Below are positions 1-11,085 of a stretch of 64,000 nt of DNA, piece by piece. A program made the position numbers and the translations under genes. How positions within the stretch are numbered: position 1 is the first letter of the stretch; the number at the start of each line of letters is the position of its first letter. The stretch comes from Octopus bimaculoides (lineage: Eukaryota): the NCBI RefSeq assembly GCF_001194135.2, contig NC_068991.1, positions 41,829,592 to 41,893,591 of the forward strand, written 5' to 3'. The notes under the pieces were generated by a model that saw only the letters and a list, made by a program, of their open reading frames with translations, searched no databases and was not told the DNA's origin.

Positions 1-126
1 TGTAGTTGGTATAAGTGGCCGAATGAGGTACGAGATAGTCAGAGAGGGTGTAATATGCATTGGGTGGAAGCGCAGGTAGTGTTTTGATTACATATATAGA
101 TATACCTACATAAGCTCTCTTATAAT

Positions 127-321
127 CCTTTCTATTATAGGCGCAAGGTCTGAAATTTGCTGGGAGGTGGTAAGTTGATCACATCGACCTTAATTTATTG
201 ACCCCGAAAGGATGAAAGACAAAGTCGACCTCGGCGAAATTTGAACTCAGAACGTAAAGACGGGCAAAATACCGCTAAGCATTTTGCCCGGTGTGCTAAC
301 GATTCTGCCAGCTCACCGCTT
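127..321 (-). mobile_element. tRNA-derived SINE, family A
   Basis: Reverse complement of the GGCGGCGAGCTGGCAGAATCGTTAGC...GTTCAAATT...CCTTTCATCCTTTCGGGGTC consensus repeated many times in this window; Pol III A-box and B-box-like motifs. Confidence 0.85.
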
Positions 322-599
322 TAAGCACTCTTATAATAAGAATTGTTCAGAAGCTGGTTATGGAAAAAGAGTTTGTGCGATAGACTAAACTTTCTTTTTC
401 GGCCAAGCCTTCATCATCTTACCCAAATAACAACACCAACAATAGCAACAACATTGGTATAAATGGTGACGGTGGTTGTTGTTGTTGTTGGTTGTGACAT
501 TAATGGTCATATCGTTACTCAAGCTTTCCGCTTTTCCTTTCCACCAATCTGCCTTTAGCTGCTACCAAGATTTCGAAACTCTTCCGTAACTAGTGGTTG

Positions 600-1815
600 G
601 AAAGATGGAGTGCTGCTAAAATTCACCTTCAGATTCTGAAATAACAGACGTTATGTCTGTCTGCTTAGAAGAGATGTTTCAAAGACCGAGTGGGTTTCCC
701 TACAAACGTTATTCTGGCATGCTAGAATTGCTACTTTACTCTTGGCAGATGTCTAACAGAACTGGTAGCAAACTGGGAGAATTTCCCAGTTGTGTGAAGT
801 AGAGTGGTAACGTCGCTGAAAAAGGACTCGAAGAAGGACGTCTTCATAGAAAATTTCAGCTCATGACTCTTTGGAATGCAGAGTCAAAGACTTAGGCCAA
901 AATAGTGGACACCTTTTGCAAGTAGTATGGACGGACCCGCACAAATTTGTTCGATCTTGGACAGATTAATTAAAGAAAACCCCACTTTAGTGATATGACA
1001 TAGACAGTTGGGTTTAGATCTAGAGGGTATTTACCAATTTGCATCGATATAAAACGTTCGAAAGCCCCAGCGCTAGGATTACTACATTGTGCAGTGGCAT
1101 CTTGCTTGTTGGTAGTATCAAATAATCACCTTATAGGACTGTTTGGTGTAGCACACTCGGTCCGTCAAAGAAATTCCTCTCGTTTATTATGTACACTTTA
1201 GTTATTGAGCCTCTGCTACGAAAGCTTGAAAGGTGGGGACGGAGGCTGAGGAACATCTTGCTAAGTCAGATGCTGAAGAGCAGTGTCGTTTTACGCGGAC
1301 GGCGTCACCGCTATGATGTGGGACACAACAAAAATTAAGGTGATCAGTACCAAATATAAGCTGATAATAGGAGCACTCATTAATCGGGACAAGGTGGTGG
1401 GCTTGCAGTTCGGTACCTAGAGAAGTAAATCTATGCTGGTCATTGGCTGTGTTACATTTAGTGGACTATTTAAGAGGTCTGAGCTCTGGTGTGTCCAGAC
1501 ATTCAAGTGAACAGGATCTGGGATGATATTACGAGCTTGGGTAACTAGTCTCACCTAGAAATAAGCTGAGAAAACCTATCCTTGAAAGCCAGATACCACC
1601 GGCAGACTGATATACCATGTGTGTAGGCATGCGTTGAAACTGAGTATCTAGAAAAATTCCTATATGGTGCATAGGAGTAGTCGTCATTTGTAAAGTATAT
1701 TCCCCCATAACTTGTATCTCACACACTTTTTATGGTCTCCCAGCATGTTTGTTTGTAACCAGTTTCTACAAAATGTTTTGCAAGTATGTGTGAGGCTTCT
1801 TGTGGCCAATAAACA
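600..1815 (+). mobile_element. Heavily decayed L1/Tx1-like LINE (RT region and 3' end), copy 0
   Basis: Nucleotide similarity to the copy at 11086-14048: YADG remnant at 1292-1303, CGGTCCGTCAA ('RSVRQG') region, same TGTGGCCAATAAA 3' end at about 1801-1813. Confidence 0.7.
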
Positions 1816-1877
1816 AGAGGTCTGTTGTAATGTGCTCAGGCATGTGTGTGTTCGGTGGGAAGAAGAGGTACTTTAAA

Positions 1878-1972
1878 TCTTCTTCTTCTTCTTCTTCTTC
1901 TTCTTCTTCTTTTTCTTCTCCTCCTCCTCCTCCTCCTCCTCCTCCTCCTCCTCTTCCTTCTTCTTCTTCTTC
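1878..1972. repeat. (CTT)n/(CCT)n microsatellite next to an assembly gap
   Basis: Direct reading. Confidence 0.95.
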
Positions 1973-2275
1973 NNNNNNNNNNNNNNNNNNNNNNNNNNNN
2001 NNNNNNNNNNNNNNNNNNNNNNNNNNNNNNNNNNNNNNNNNNNNNNNNNNNNNNNNNNNNNNNNNNNNNNNNNNNNNNNNNNNNNNNNNNNNNNNNNNNN
2101 NNNNNNNNNNNNNNNNNNNNNNNNNNNNNNNNNNNNNNNNNNNNNNNNNNNNNNNNNNNNNNNNNNNNNNNNNNNNNNNNNNNNNNNNNNNNNNNNNNNN
2201 NNNNNNNNNNNNNNNNNNNNNNNNNNNNNNNNNNNNNNNNNNNNNNNTTATTATTATTATTATTATTATTATTTA

Positions 2276-4490
2276 TTGTCTCACGCTGGAGATGTATTAC
2301 AGTGCCGGCTGTTCACGACCAGTGAACCATAGCCATCTTTTTTCACTGTTTGTCTTATCTTCAACATCCTTATGAAATTGCCCATGCATTCTTTTCTTTA
2401 CCCACCTATTTTCAGTTTCATTCATTTTCAAGTGCTTGTACAATGCTTTATCTTTGCAATCTTCCATCCTACACAAGTCTGACCTTCTTACGTCCAATAA
2501 TAATGTTTCTGTGGCATTTTTTTTACATACTATGCTATGATGTTTTCTTCTGCTCTAATGCTGTGTTCGCACCCAATCAGTCCTCTTCCTTCTCTTTTCT
2601 TCGTACATACAATCTATCCGTGTCACTTTTTTGGTGGAGTATCCCATATCTAGTCAGCAACTTCTTTGTCTTTCTGTCTAAGCTACTTAGTTCGTCTATT
2701 GTTCATGCGATTACCCTTGTTCCATATCTAAGTAGTGAAACCGCCCAGGTTTCATTCTTATTCCGTCCGTTTAATTTCGACTTAAGAATCGGTCTCAGTC
2801 TGCACAAGTACTCCACCTTAAATTTTTCTGTCATTTCTTTCTCCATCAATTTATCCATTTCCAATATCCTTGAGAACTTATAGCCGTCTCTTCTATCTGC
2901 TTCATAATCTCCCATGACAGTATCGCTAGCCCGTCGATACATTTGATTTTGCCTCTCTTCAAGACTAACACACCAAACGTTTTCAGTCCGAACTCCATTC
3001 TGATATCAGCACTGAAAGCATACACCGTACCAACGTGGGAACTGACTTGGGATTCATCTTTACCATAAAGTTTGAGGTCATCCATGAATAACAAATGGTT
3101 GACTTTTTGTTGGCGGTTTTGAATATATACCCAGCCTTTGCTTTCCTCAGAATCAGTATTAGTGATATCATGCACAATACAAAGATCAGTGGGGACAGGC
3201 AGTCCCTTTGGAAGATGCCTCTCCTGATTTCTATTGCCCCTAAACTTCTTCCATATGCTGTCAGTTCCGTTCTCCACTTCGCCATACTTTTTCCAAGCAA
3301 TCGCTCAACATTCGATGCAATACCAAATAGGTTCATACATTCCATAATTCAAGAATGTGGGATCATATCGTACGCCTTACGATAATCGATCCATGACATG
3401 CCTAAGTTAGTTTTCTTCCTCTTGCAGTCTCTAAGTACAGTTTTGTCTACCAGGAGTTGATCTTTGGTACCTCTGCACTTACGCTAGCAACCCTTCTGCT
3501 CATGTGTCAGGACTCCATTTTCCCCCAGATGTCCGTACATTGACTCTGCGACTATTCCAGTCAATAATTTACACATAAGTGACAAGTAGGATATCGGCCT
3601 GTAATTGTCTACCGTATTACCTTTCTCGATGTTTTTGAAGCACAGCACTGTCCTACGCATTGTCAACTACTCTGGTGTTACTTGGTTGGTTTTTAACAAG
3701 GTGCTGAGTTGTGTAGCTATTCATGTATGACATTCACCAAATCTTTTGATCCAGTAGCCTTGAACTCCATCGCGCCCTGGGGCCTTCCAGTTGCTCATTT
3801 TTCTGCTGATTTCCTTCACTTCCCTAACTGAAATGAATAGTTCTGCCTGTTTGGAATAGACTACTGTTTGTTTCAGTTCTTGCAACAATTCAGCATCCTT
3901 CTTGTGCTCCTTTTCTTTGCTCCAAGTGTCACTCCAAAACCTTTGACTTTCAATGTTATCTGGTATCAACTTTTCATATGTACACTCTCCATTTATTTCT
4001 TTGTAGAATCCCTTCTGATCTACTCTGAATAACCTATTCTGTTGGTATCCCTTCATTTCTTGGTCGCATCTTACCATCTTTGCTTTCTTTGCAACGAGGC
4101 GCTGTTTCAGTTCCTCCATTATCACTTTCAGGCCCTTTCTTTTAATACCTTACTTCCTGTTCAGTGCCCTGTATCTTTGTTCGCTTTTAAGCTTCCTTTT
4201 CTCTTTTAGGTCTAACAGAAATATCTTTCGAGCGCATATCTAACCCCACCTGTATTCTTCTTTTCCACCATTAGTTTTATTGTCTACTTCCAAACCATCT
4301 ATATGTCTCTCATCGAGCAAGCTATCATTGTTCCTTTCCTGTGGTTTATTAAAGATTTCACCTCTGTTTTCTGCTATGAGATTACTTTTATCAGTAGGAA
4401 CAGTATTTTCATTGTTTCCTCTGCTGCTGTTTTCCAGTACCCGATTTTTGATATCTTCGAGCTCTACTTCAGCGAACCAATGAGTTTTGT
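2276..4490 (-). mobile_element. R4/Dong-clade non-LTR retrotransposon, pseudogenised RT, internal deletion before the 3' end, (AAT)n tail
   Basis: Minus-strand fragments: WKAPGRDGVQGYWIK, NYRPIS...KLLTGI, GIFQRDCLSPLIF, NHLLFMDDLKLY, KSKLNGRNK..WAVSLLRYG; stops and frameshifts; followed on its own strand by (AAT)n at 2248-2275. Confidence 0.9.
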
Positions 4491-4504
4491 TATTGCTCTA
4501 GCTT

Positions 4505-4506
<2 letters not shown>

Positions 4507-4596
<90 letters not shown>
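4507..4596. repeat. (CAT)n microsatellite
   Basis: Direct reading. Confidence 0.97.
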
Positions 4597-4603
4597 TATT
4601 ATG

Positions 4604-4818
4604 AAGGCGGCGAGCTGGCAAAATCGTTAGCACGTCGGGAAAAATGATTAGGGGCATTTCGTTCGTCCTTACGTTCAGGGTTCAAATTCCGCTGAGGTCG
4701 ACTTTGTCTTTTATCCTTTATGGTCGATAAAATAAGTACCAGTTGAGTACGGGGTCGATGTAATCGACTTATCTCCTCCCCGAAATTGCTGACTTTGTGC
4801 CAAAATTTGAAATCATTA

Positions 4819-4864
<46 letters not shown>

Positions 4865-4872
4865 TATTATTA
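4604..4872 (+). mobile_element. tRNA-derived SINE family A, full length, with (TTA)n tail
   Basis: A-box-like TGGCAAAATCGTTAGC, B-box-like GGTTCAAATTCC, central GGTCGATAAAATAAGTACCAG block, (TTA)n tail 4815-4872. Confidence 0.9.
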
Positions 4873-5419
4873 TAGCCACCATACTGTGAAGTCACGGGAA
4901 TTTGGTGCTCCGTAAGTTGAAATAGTGTTTGTAATCTTTTCGGCCTTCTAAGGCCCCGGCTTTTCATTTTTATTGTTACCAGTACATTTCTCAGATTGTC
5001 TGGACTGCGCAGATAGTAATTTTATGTAGAAATACCCCCCTGTTTTGCAGGGGGTGCACTTCAATAATTTTTGAATTTTAACTGCTTTCGGTAAAAACAA
5101 ATATTTTGCTAATTTCTGTAATTATTTAAAGATGGCTGATAATGAAGCCAGCATAATGTTCGACAAAGGAACGCGCTCCTTGTCGAGAAATACTGAGAAC
5201 GAGGAAAGAATTGAGAATATAAATATCGAATGGACTAAACTTAATGACGTCACCGAGGCGAAAAGTGTTTCGTCTCTAAGCAACGTCAAAAGTTTTGGTG
5301 TCGACAACGAGAACAACAGCAGCAACAACAGCAACAGTGACAGCAGCAGCAGCAGAAGTGACAGCAACCACCACCACCACCACCACCACCACCACCACCA
5401 CCACCATCACCACCACCAT

Positions 5420-5644
5420 GAAATCATAATATTGGGGGTCAGGAAACTACGTAAGCATAACTGGTTAGGTATAGGTATGGAACTGACCTTGCAATGCAAG
5501 CACGGCCATATCGACTAGCTGCCTGATCTAATCGATCTCCCGGATGGTACTCAGCTGTTAGTGTCCATGGAGGGTAGAAAGCCAAGATGCTGCAAATGTG
5601 GATTTGTAAATCACTTAAAGGCTTTATGCTCTGAAACAAGGTAA
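5420..5644 (+). pseudogene. LINE ORF1 remnant with CX2CX4HX4C zinc knuckle
   Basis: Reading through the TAG at 5516-5518 in the frame of ORF 5132 gives LPDLIDLPDGTQLLVSMEGRKPRCCKCGFVNHLKALC; knuckle at 5588-5629. Confidence 0.8.
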
Positions 5645-8600
5645 AATAAAGTCCCACTGCTACCGACATTACAAATACAAGTGCAAAATCACAAGTAAGT
5701 GCCCAAGACTCCTTCACCTACTCCCACACCCACGCTCACACCCACTCCCAAACTAAGACAATGAAGGAGTCTACCCCCGGTTACCACGGAAAAGCAAGTT
5801 TCTCCTGAATGCTCTTCCTCCCAAACCAACATCAACTGCAATGACATGGAGAAGGAAGAGCTGAACGATCAATGGATCACAGTGACAAAAGCGGGTAGGC
5901 GAAAAAGGAGAAGAATACATAGCCCTACTCCAAGAAATCAGCAAAAACTTATTCTGAAATCACAACCGCAACACAATTCACAACCACCCCAACAAAAACA
6001 ACAAGAACAAGATCAACAACTTTAAAAACAGCAACATCATCAATAACAGCATAAAATCACAGAAACACAGAAACAACCAATTACAGGGGCTGGAAGGCCA
6101 GACTTCTTCAGGCGTCTAGAAACATTCTTAGGAATGTCTCGCACTTTAGTACTAGTGGGGGACTGGAATAGTATTTTGAACGCACGGAAGGACTGTGTGA
6201 ATTTAGTACATAGTAGAAGTGAGTGTAAAAGCCTCAGAAACCTGCTCAGGACTTTCCAGCTTTCTGACAGGTAACGGCTGGATTTCCCTGATGTGCCAGT
6301 ATGGACATGGAACAACCACAGTGGGTCATCCAGATCGTATTTAGATAGAGTATTTGCTAGGTCAGACGATAGGGATAGCATAGGTTGTCCACAATTTAAA
6401 TTGGTCGGCTACGCAGATCACAAATTTGCAATATGCTCAGTCGATTTAGACAAGAACCGTAAACAGGGACCCAGGGAAGTTGAATGCGTCCTTACCGGCT
6501 CGCAAAGGCTACAAAGAGCGGATTAGCGAACTAGTTAAGCGGTAGTTGACGGGAGCTATCGTCAACAACCGGTGGTGGATCGCTCTGAAGAGAGCGAATA
6601 AAGTAGAATCAATAGCGTTTAACAAAGATTTAGCAATAAAAAGAAATAGATTAGAGGGAGAACTAGTTAGCAAACTAGAAGAGGCTATCAGTGAAAGCAT
6701 CACGACCGACGTGTTGGCGACGAGAATTCCCTTGACCATTTCTTTGAGGCGAAACACGAAGGCTGCGTTGTCAGAGCTAAGACATGTGCACTAAAACACG
6801 AATGAACTAAAGCCGTCCGATGGGCCTAAACGGTAGAGACATGACGTGGAAATAAAACCATAATCAAGTCTTTGACGGATTAGGACGGATGTGTGCTNNN
6901 NNNNNNNNNNNNNNNNNNNNNNNNNNNNNNNNNNNNNNNNNNNNNNNNNNNNNNNNNNNNNNNNNNNNNNNNNNNNNNNNNNNNNNNNNNNNNNNNNNNN
7001 NNNNNNNNNNNNNNNNNNNNNNNNNNNNNNNNNNNNNNNNNNNNNNNNNNNNNNNNNNNNNNNNNNNNNNNNNNNNNNNNNNNNNNNNNNNNNNNNNNNN
7101 NNNNNNNNNNNNNNNNNNNNNNNNNNNNNNNNNNNNNNNNNNNNNNNNNNNNNNNNNNNNNNNNNNNNNNNNNNNNNNNNNNNNNNNNNNNNNNNNNNNN
7201 NNNNNNNNNNNNNNNNNNNNNNNNNNNNNNNNNNNNNNNNNNNNNNNNNNNNNNNNNNNNNNNNNNNNNNNNNNNNNNNNNNNNNNNNNNNNNNNNNNNN
7301 NNNNNNNNNNNNNNNNNNNNNNNNNNNNNNNNNNNNNNNNNNNNNNNNNNNNNNNNNNNNNNNNNNNNNNNNNNNNNNNNNNNNNNNNNNNNNNNNNNNN
7401 NNNNNNNNNNNNNNNNNNNNNNNNNNNNNNNNNNNNNNNNNNNNNNNNNNNNNNNNNNNNNNNNNNNNNNNNNNNNNNNNNNNNNNNNNNNNNNNNNNNN
7501 NNNNNNNNNNNNNNNNNNNNNNNNNNNNNNNNNNNNNNNNNNNNNNNNNNNNNNNNNNNNNNNNNNNNNNNNNNNNNNNNNNNNNNNNNNNNNNNNNNNN
7601 NNNNNNNNNNNNNNNNNNNNNNNNNNNNNNNNNNNNNNNNNNNNNNNNNNNNNNNNNNNNNNNNNTATGTCGTATACAGGGCTGGGACTAAAGCTGGCTT
7701 CGATGGGGCCCTGATCAATTTAGATCAGTCGAAAGCTTTCGATGGGGTAGACCATCGCTACTTGGAAGCCGTCCTTAAGGCGGCCAGTTCCGGACCCGTT
7801 TTCAGAGTCTGGATTGCTGCAATGCACAGCGGTACCTGCTCGGTGGTAAAAGTAAATGGCCACCTATTGGAACCGTTTAGTATCGCACGTTCGGTCCGTT
7901 AGGGCTGCTCGCTGCTGTCACCTCTTCTGTATGTGCTGACTCTCGAGCCACTGCTGCGGAAGTTGGAACAGTTAAAAGGCCTGCCTTTTGAAATTGGACT
8001 CGGGAGGGTAGTGTCTGCATACGCGGACGACGTTACTGTCATGGTGTCGGACGCCTCCGAAGTGGAGAAAGTCGGCTCCATTGTAAAGGAATATGAATCA
8101 GTTGCAGAGGCTAAAATCAATGCCGACAAGTCGATGGTATTACAACTGGGCACCTGGAGAGGCAGATCGATGCTGTCGGACGCTGGACTGACGGACCAGT
8201 TAAACTGCTCGGGGTTTGGTTTGGTCCCGACTTCCAGGTAGATAAAAGTTGGGAAGAGGTGACGAACAGGGTGACCTCTCTTACCCAGAAGTCTTACCCG
8301 GAGAGGAAGTTGTCCTTGAAGGGTCGGGAAGAAGTGGCGAATGCCTACATCGCCTCTGTCATTATTCATCGTCTGACCGTCGTGCCTTGTCCCAGTTACT
8401 GTTTGATTACATTGGAGCGTATCCTGTTTATTTTCTTGTAGAAGGGATGCGTTCCAATGGTCAGGTGGTCGGTCTACTGCCAACTTTCTTTGCGTGGCGG
8501 CTTAGGCATGCCATGGCTTTTAATGTGCAGACACGCACTCAGGTTGCGCCACCTGCAGCGATTTCTAGAAGGTGAACGTGTGTGGGCTCCGTTTCTGAGA

Positions 8601-9656
8601 CACGCCTTTCCGCAGCTCGTCTCCTTGATGGAGCTGCAGTCCTGAGTAAAAGATAGGCCGAGACTGGGCGCCTGGCACTTAGAATGTCGTCAGGCGCTCA
8701 CTGTACTCTACAAGTCGGGCAATAGGATCGGTGGATGTTCCACTTTAGATACTTACAGAGGATTTATAGCGGGGAAGTACGGCGACGTCCTCGGGGAGAC
8801 CCTAGGCGTCGACGAAGACGAACTGGCAAGTCTATTCCGGAAGACTTTCCGGTCGGGAACTGTTATGGATAATTTCTAGATGTCTTTGGCCTGGCAGTGC
8901 TACCGAGGGGCGCTACCGGTTCGAGATAAACTCCACAGGCAAGGATGTGCTGTCAGACGGGCTTGTCCGAGGTGCTTGCGAAACCGTTCTACATGCACTC
9001 ATCCAGTGTCCTGGCATTGGTGACTTGTGGAATTATGTGGAACAGCTACTGTCGCGTGTAGGACAGATACGTCCGTCGTCCGAATCCATAATGATGATTG
9101 CCCTGCCGCCCTCCTTTAATCGGGCTGGCAAGGCAGTTTTCCTTTGTCTAGTGACTGTGGCGAAAGAGGTTATCTGGTGAACGAGGCTGAAAGGAATAAG
9201 GACAGAAACATTCCTCTTTGGTAAAGCCCTCATCAACTTTTTCAAGTTTCACTTGAAAAGGTAAGTGGGGTGGAGAGGGAGTGGGTGAAAGTTGCGAAAA
9301 TGGCAAGAGTGGATGGTACCACTCTCAGTGTAGACCTGTGAGTCGGAAGGAAGACATTGGAGAGGGCTCCCGTCTTTGGTATTCAGGGTGATCTTGGATG
9401 GTGAGGTTCCTTGATTATCCCCAGAGGTCCTCCTGTATCAGGGGGATCCCATCACAATCACTTTTTCTTTTATTTCTTTTATTTCTTTTTATCCTTTTTA
9501 TTATTTTTTTTCTAGTGTCATATGCTATGTATACTTCCCTTCTAATGTATAGTTTTTATTTTATCATTCCATTATATGTAAACCCCCAACACTGTTTTTG
9601 TATTGTCCCCTCATCCTTCGCCTTGGTGTGAAATAAAAGAAATGATTATTATTATT
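5420..9656 (+). mobile_element. L1/Tx1-like LINE, copy 1 (ORF1 C-terminal part, ORF2 with APE, RT and C-terminal zinc motif, 3'UTR, AATAAA plus (TTA)n tail)
   Basis: ORF1 knuckle CCKCGFVNHLKALC; APE motifs GDWN (6158-6169) and YLDR...ADH; RT LDQSKAFD, SVR.GC.LSP and YADD (8020-8031); C-terminal ETVLHALIQCP; AATAAA at 9632; many stops and frameshifts; gap 6898-7665. Confidence 0.9.
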
Positions 9657-9966
9657 AATATCATTAATAATAGTAATATGCTAATACCTATGTACGTACA
9701 TACGTACGTATGTACTTGTGGTGCGTGTTACTTATTTGAAAGGAAGAGGTAAAAAGAGAGAAATAAAACTTGTTAAGCAGAGGAAGTATAGTTGAAGTGA
9801 GAGGCAAAGCGGCAAAGAGGAGGGAGTAAGAGGGAGTGAGAGAGAGAGAAGAGAGAAGAGAGAGAGGGGAAGATTGATAGCGCTGAGAGGTAAGAGAAAT
9901 ATAACGCGTTAAACGCAGGAAGACTGTTGAAGGTAAGGAGACACAGAGGAGGGTGGGAGGGGGAAG

Positions 9967-10007
<41 letters not shown>

Positions 10008-10207
10008 AAGATTTAGAGAGAGAGAGAGAGAGAGAGAAAGATTTAGAGAGAGAGAGAGAGAGATTGAGTGAAGGAAGGGAGTGGATAGAGAATAATCGTG
10101 AAAGAGAATGAAACCATTCTCATAGAGAAAACGCTGGAAAACTTTTTGTTTTGGAAGATATATAATAAAGCCGTTGAAAATATGGAAATTGCAAAGAGAA
10201 ATGTTGC

Positions 10208-10261
<54 letters not shown>

Positions 10262-10819
10262 GTCTGTCTGTCTGACTGTCTCTAACACAGACTCTCTCAC
10301 CCTTTGTCTGTTTCTCAGCAAATAGCTGTGGATGTTACTGTTACTTTTCTACAGTTGAAGGGCGAGGAAGAAAGAGAGAAATAAAAAGTGTTAAGAAGTG
10401 GAGGTATATTTGAAGTGAGTGGCGGAGCGAAAGAGAGGAGGGACAGAGAGGGAGTGAGAGAGAGAGGTGGGGTGAGTGGTGACTGAAAAGAAGGCGGCGT
10501 TCGTTTTGTGTTTTTAAATGTTTATCCGTATTTTCAGAGTAGACAGATACATAAGCACAGCAAATATCGGATGTTACTTTTACTTTCCTACAATTACCAT
10601 ATTCTCTATACTGGGTTCTCAGCCAATATTGGATATTACTTTTACTCTCCTCTACTCTAACTGGATGTTACTGTTAAAGATGCTTACATCTTTTGAATTT
10701 CGTAGAATTTCTGAGGGTTCTGCTAATATATAATTATTCGATAGTTATTAAATGAAGCCACTATTTACAGATGCTTACATTTTTTTTATTTTCCGTGAAG
10801 TTTTCACGGGTCCAGCTAG
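10208..10819 (+). mobile_element. Probable non-autonomous Helitron-like element (3' terminus clear, 5' limit uncertain)
   Basis: GC-rich hairpin CCGTGAAGTTTTCACGG at 10793-10809 followed by CTAG|T at 10816-10820; (CTAT)n/(CTGT)n microsatellite upstream. Confidence 0.5.
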
Positions 10820-10843
10820 TTATTATTATTACTATTATTATTC

Positions 10844-11085
10844 AGGCGGCGAGTTGGCAGAATCGTTAGCACGCCGGGCGAAATAATTAGCGGTATTTTA
10901 TCTGTCATCACGTTCTGAGTTCAAATGCCGCCGGGGTTGACTTTGCCTTTCATCCTTTAGGGGTCGATAAATTAAGTACCAGTTACGCACTGGAGTCAAT
11001 GTAATTGACTGGTCCCCTCCCCCAAAATGTTAGGCCTTGTGTCTATTGTTGAAAGGATTATTATTATTATTATTATTATTATCAT
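10844..11085 (+). mobile_element. tRNA-derived SINE family A, full length, (TTA)n on both sides
   Basis: Matches family consensus; TTA repeats at 10820-10842 and 11057-11082. Confidence 0.9.

Noticed and set aside
4604-4690. tRNA-like heads of SINEs as tRNA genes
   Set aside because: No cloverleaf or anticodon arm; they continue into SINE bodies
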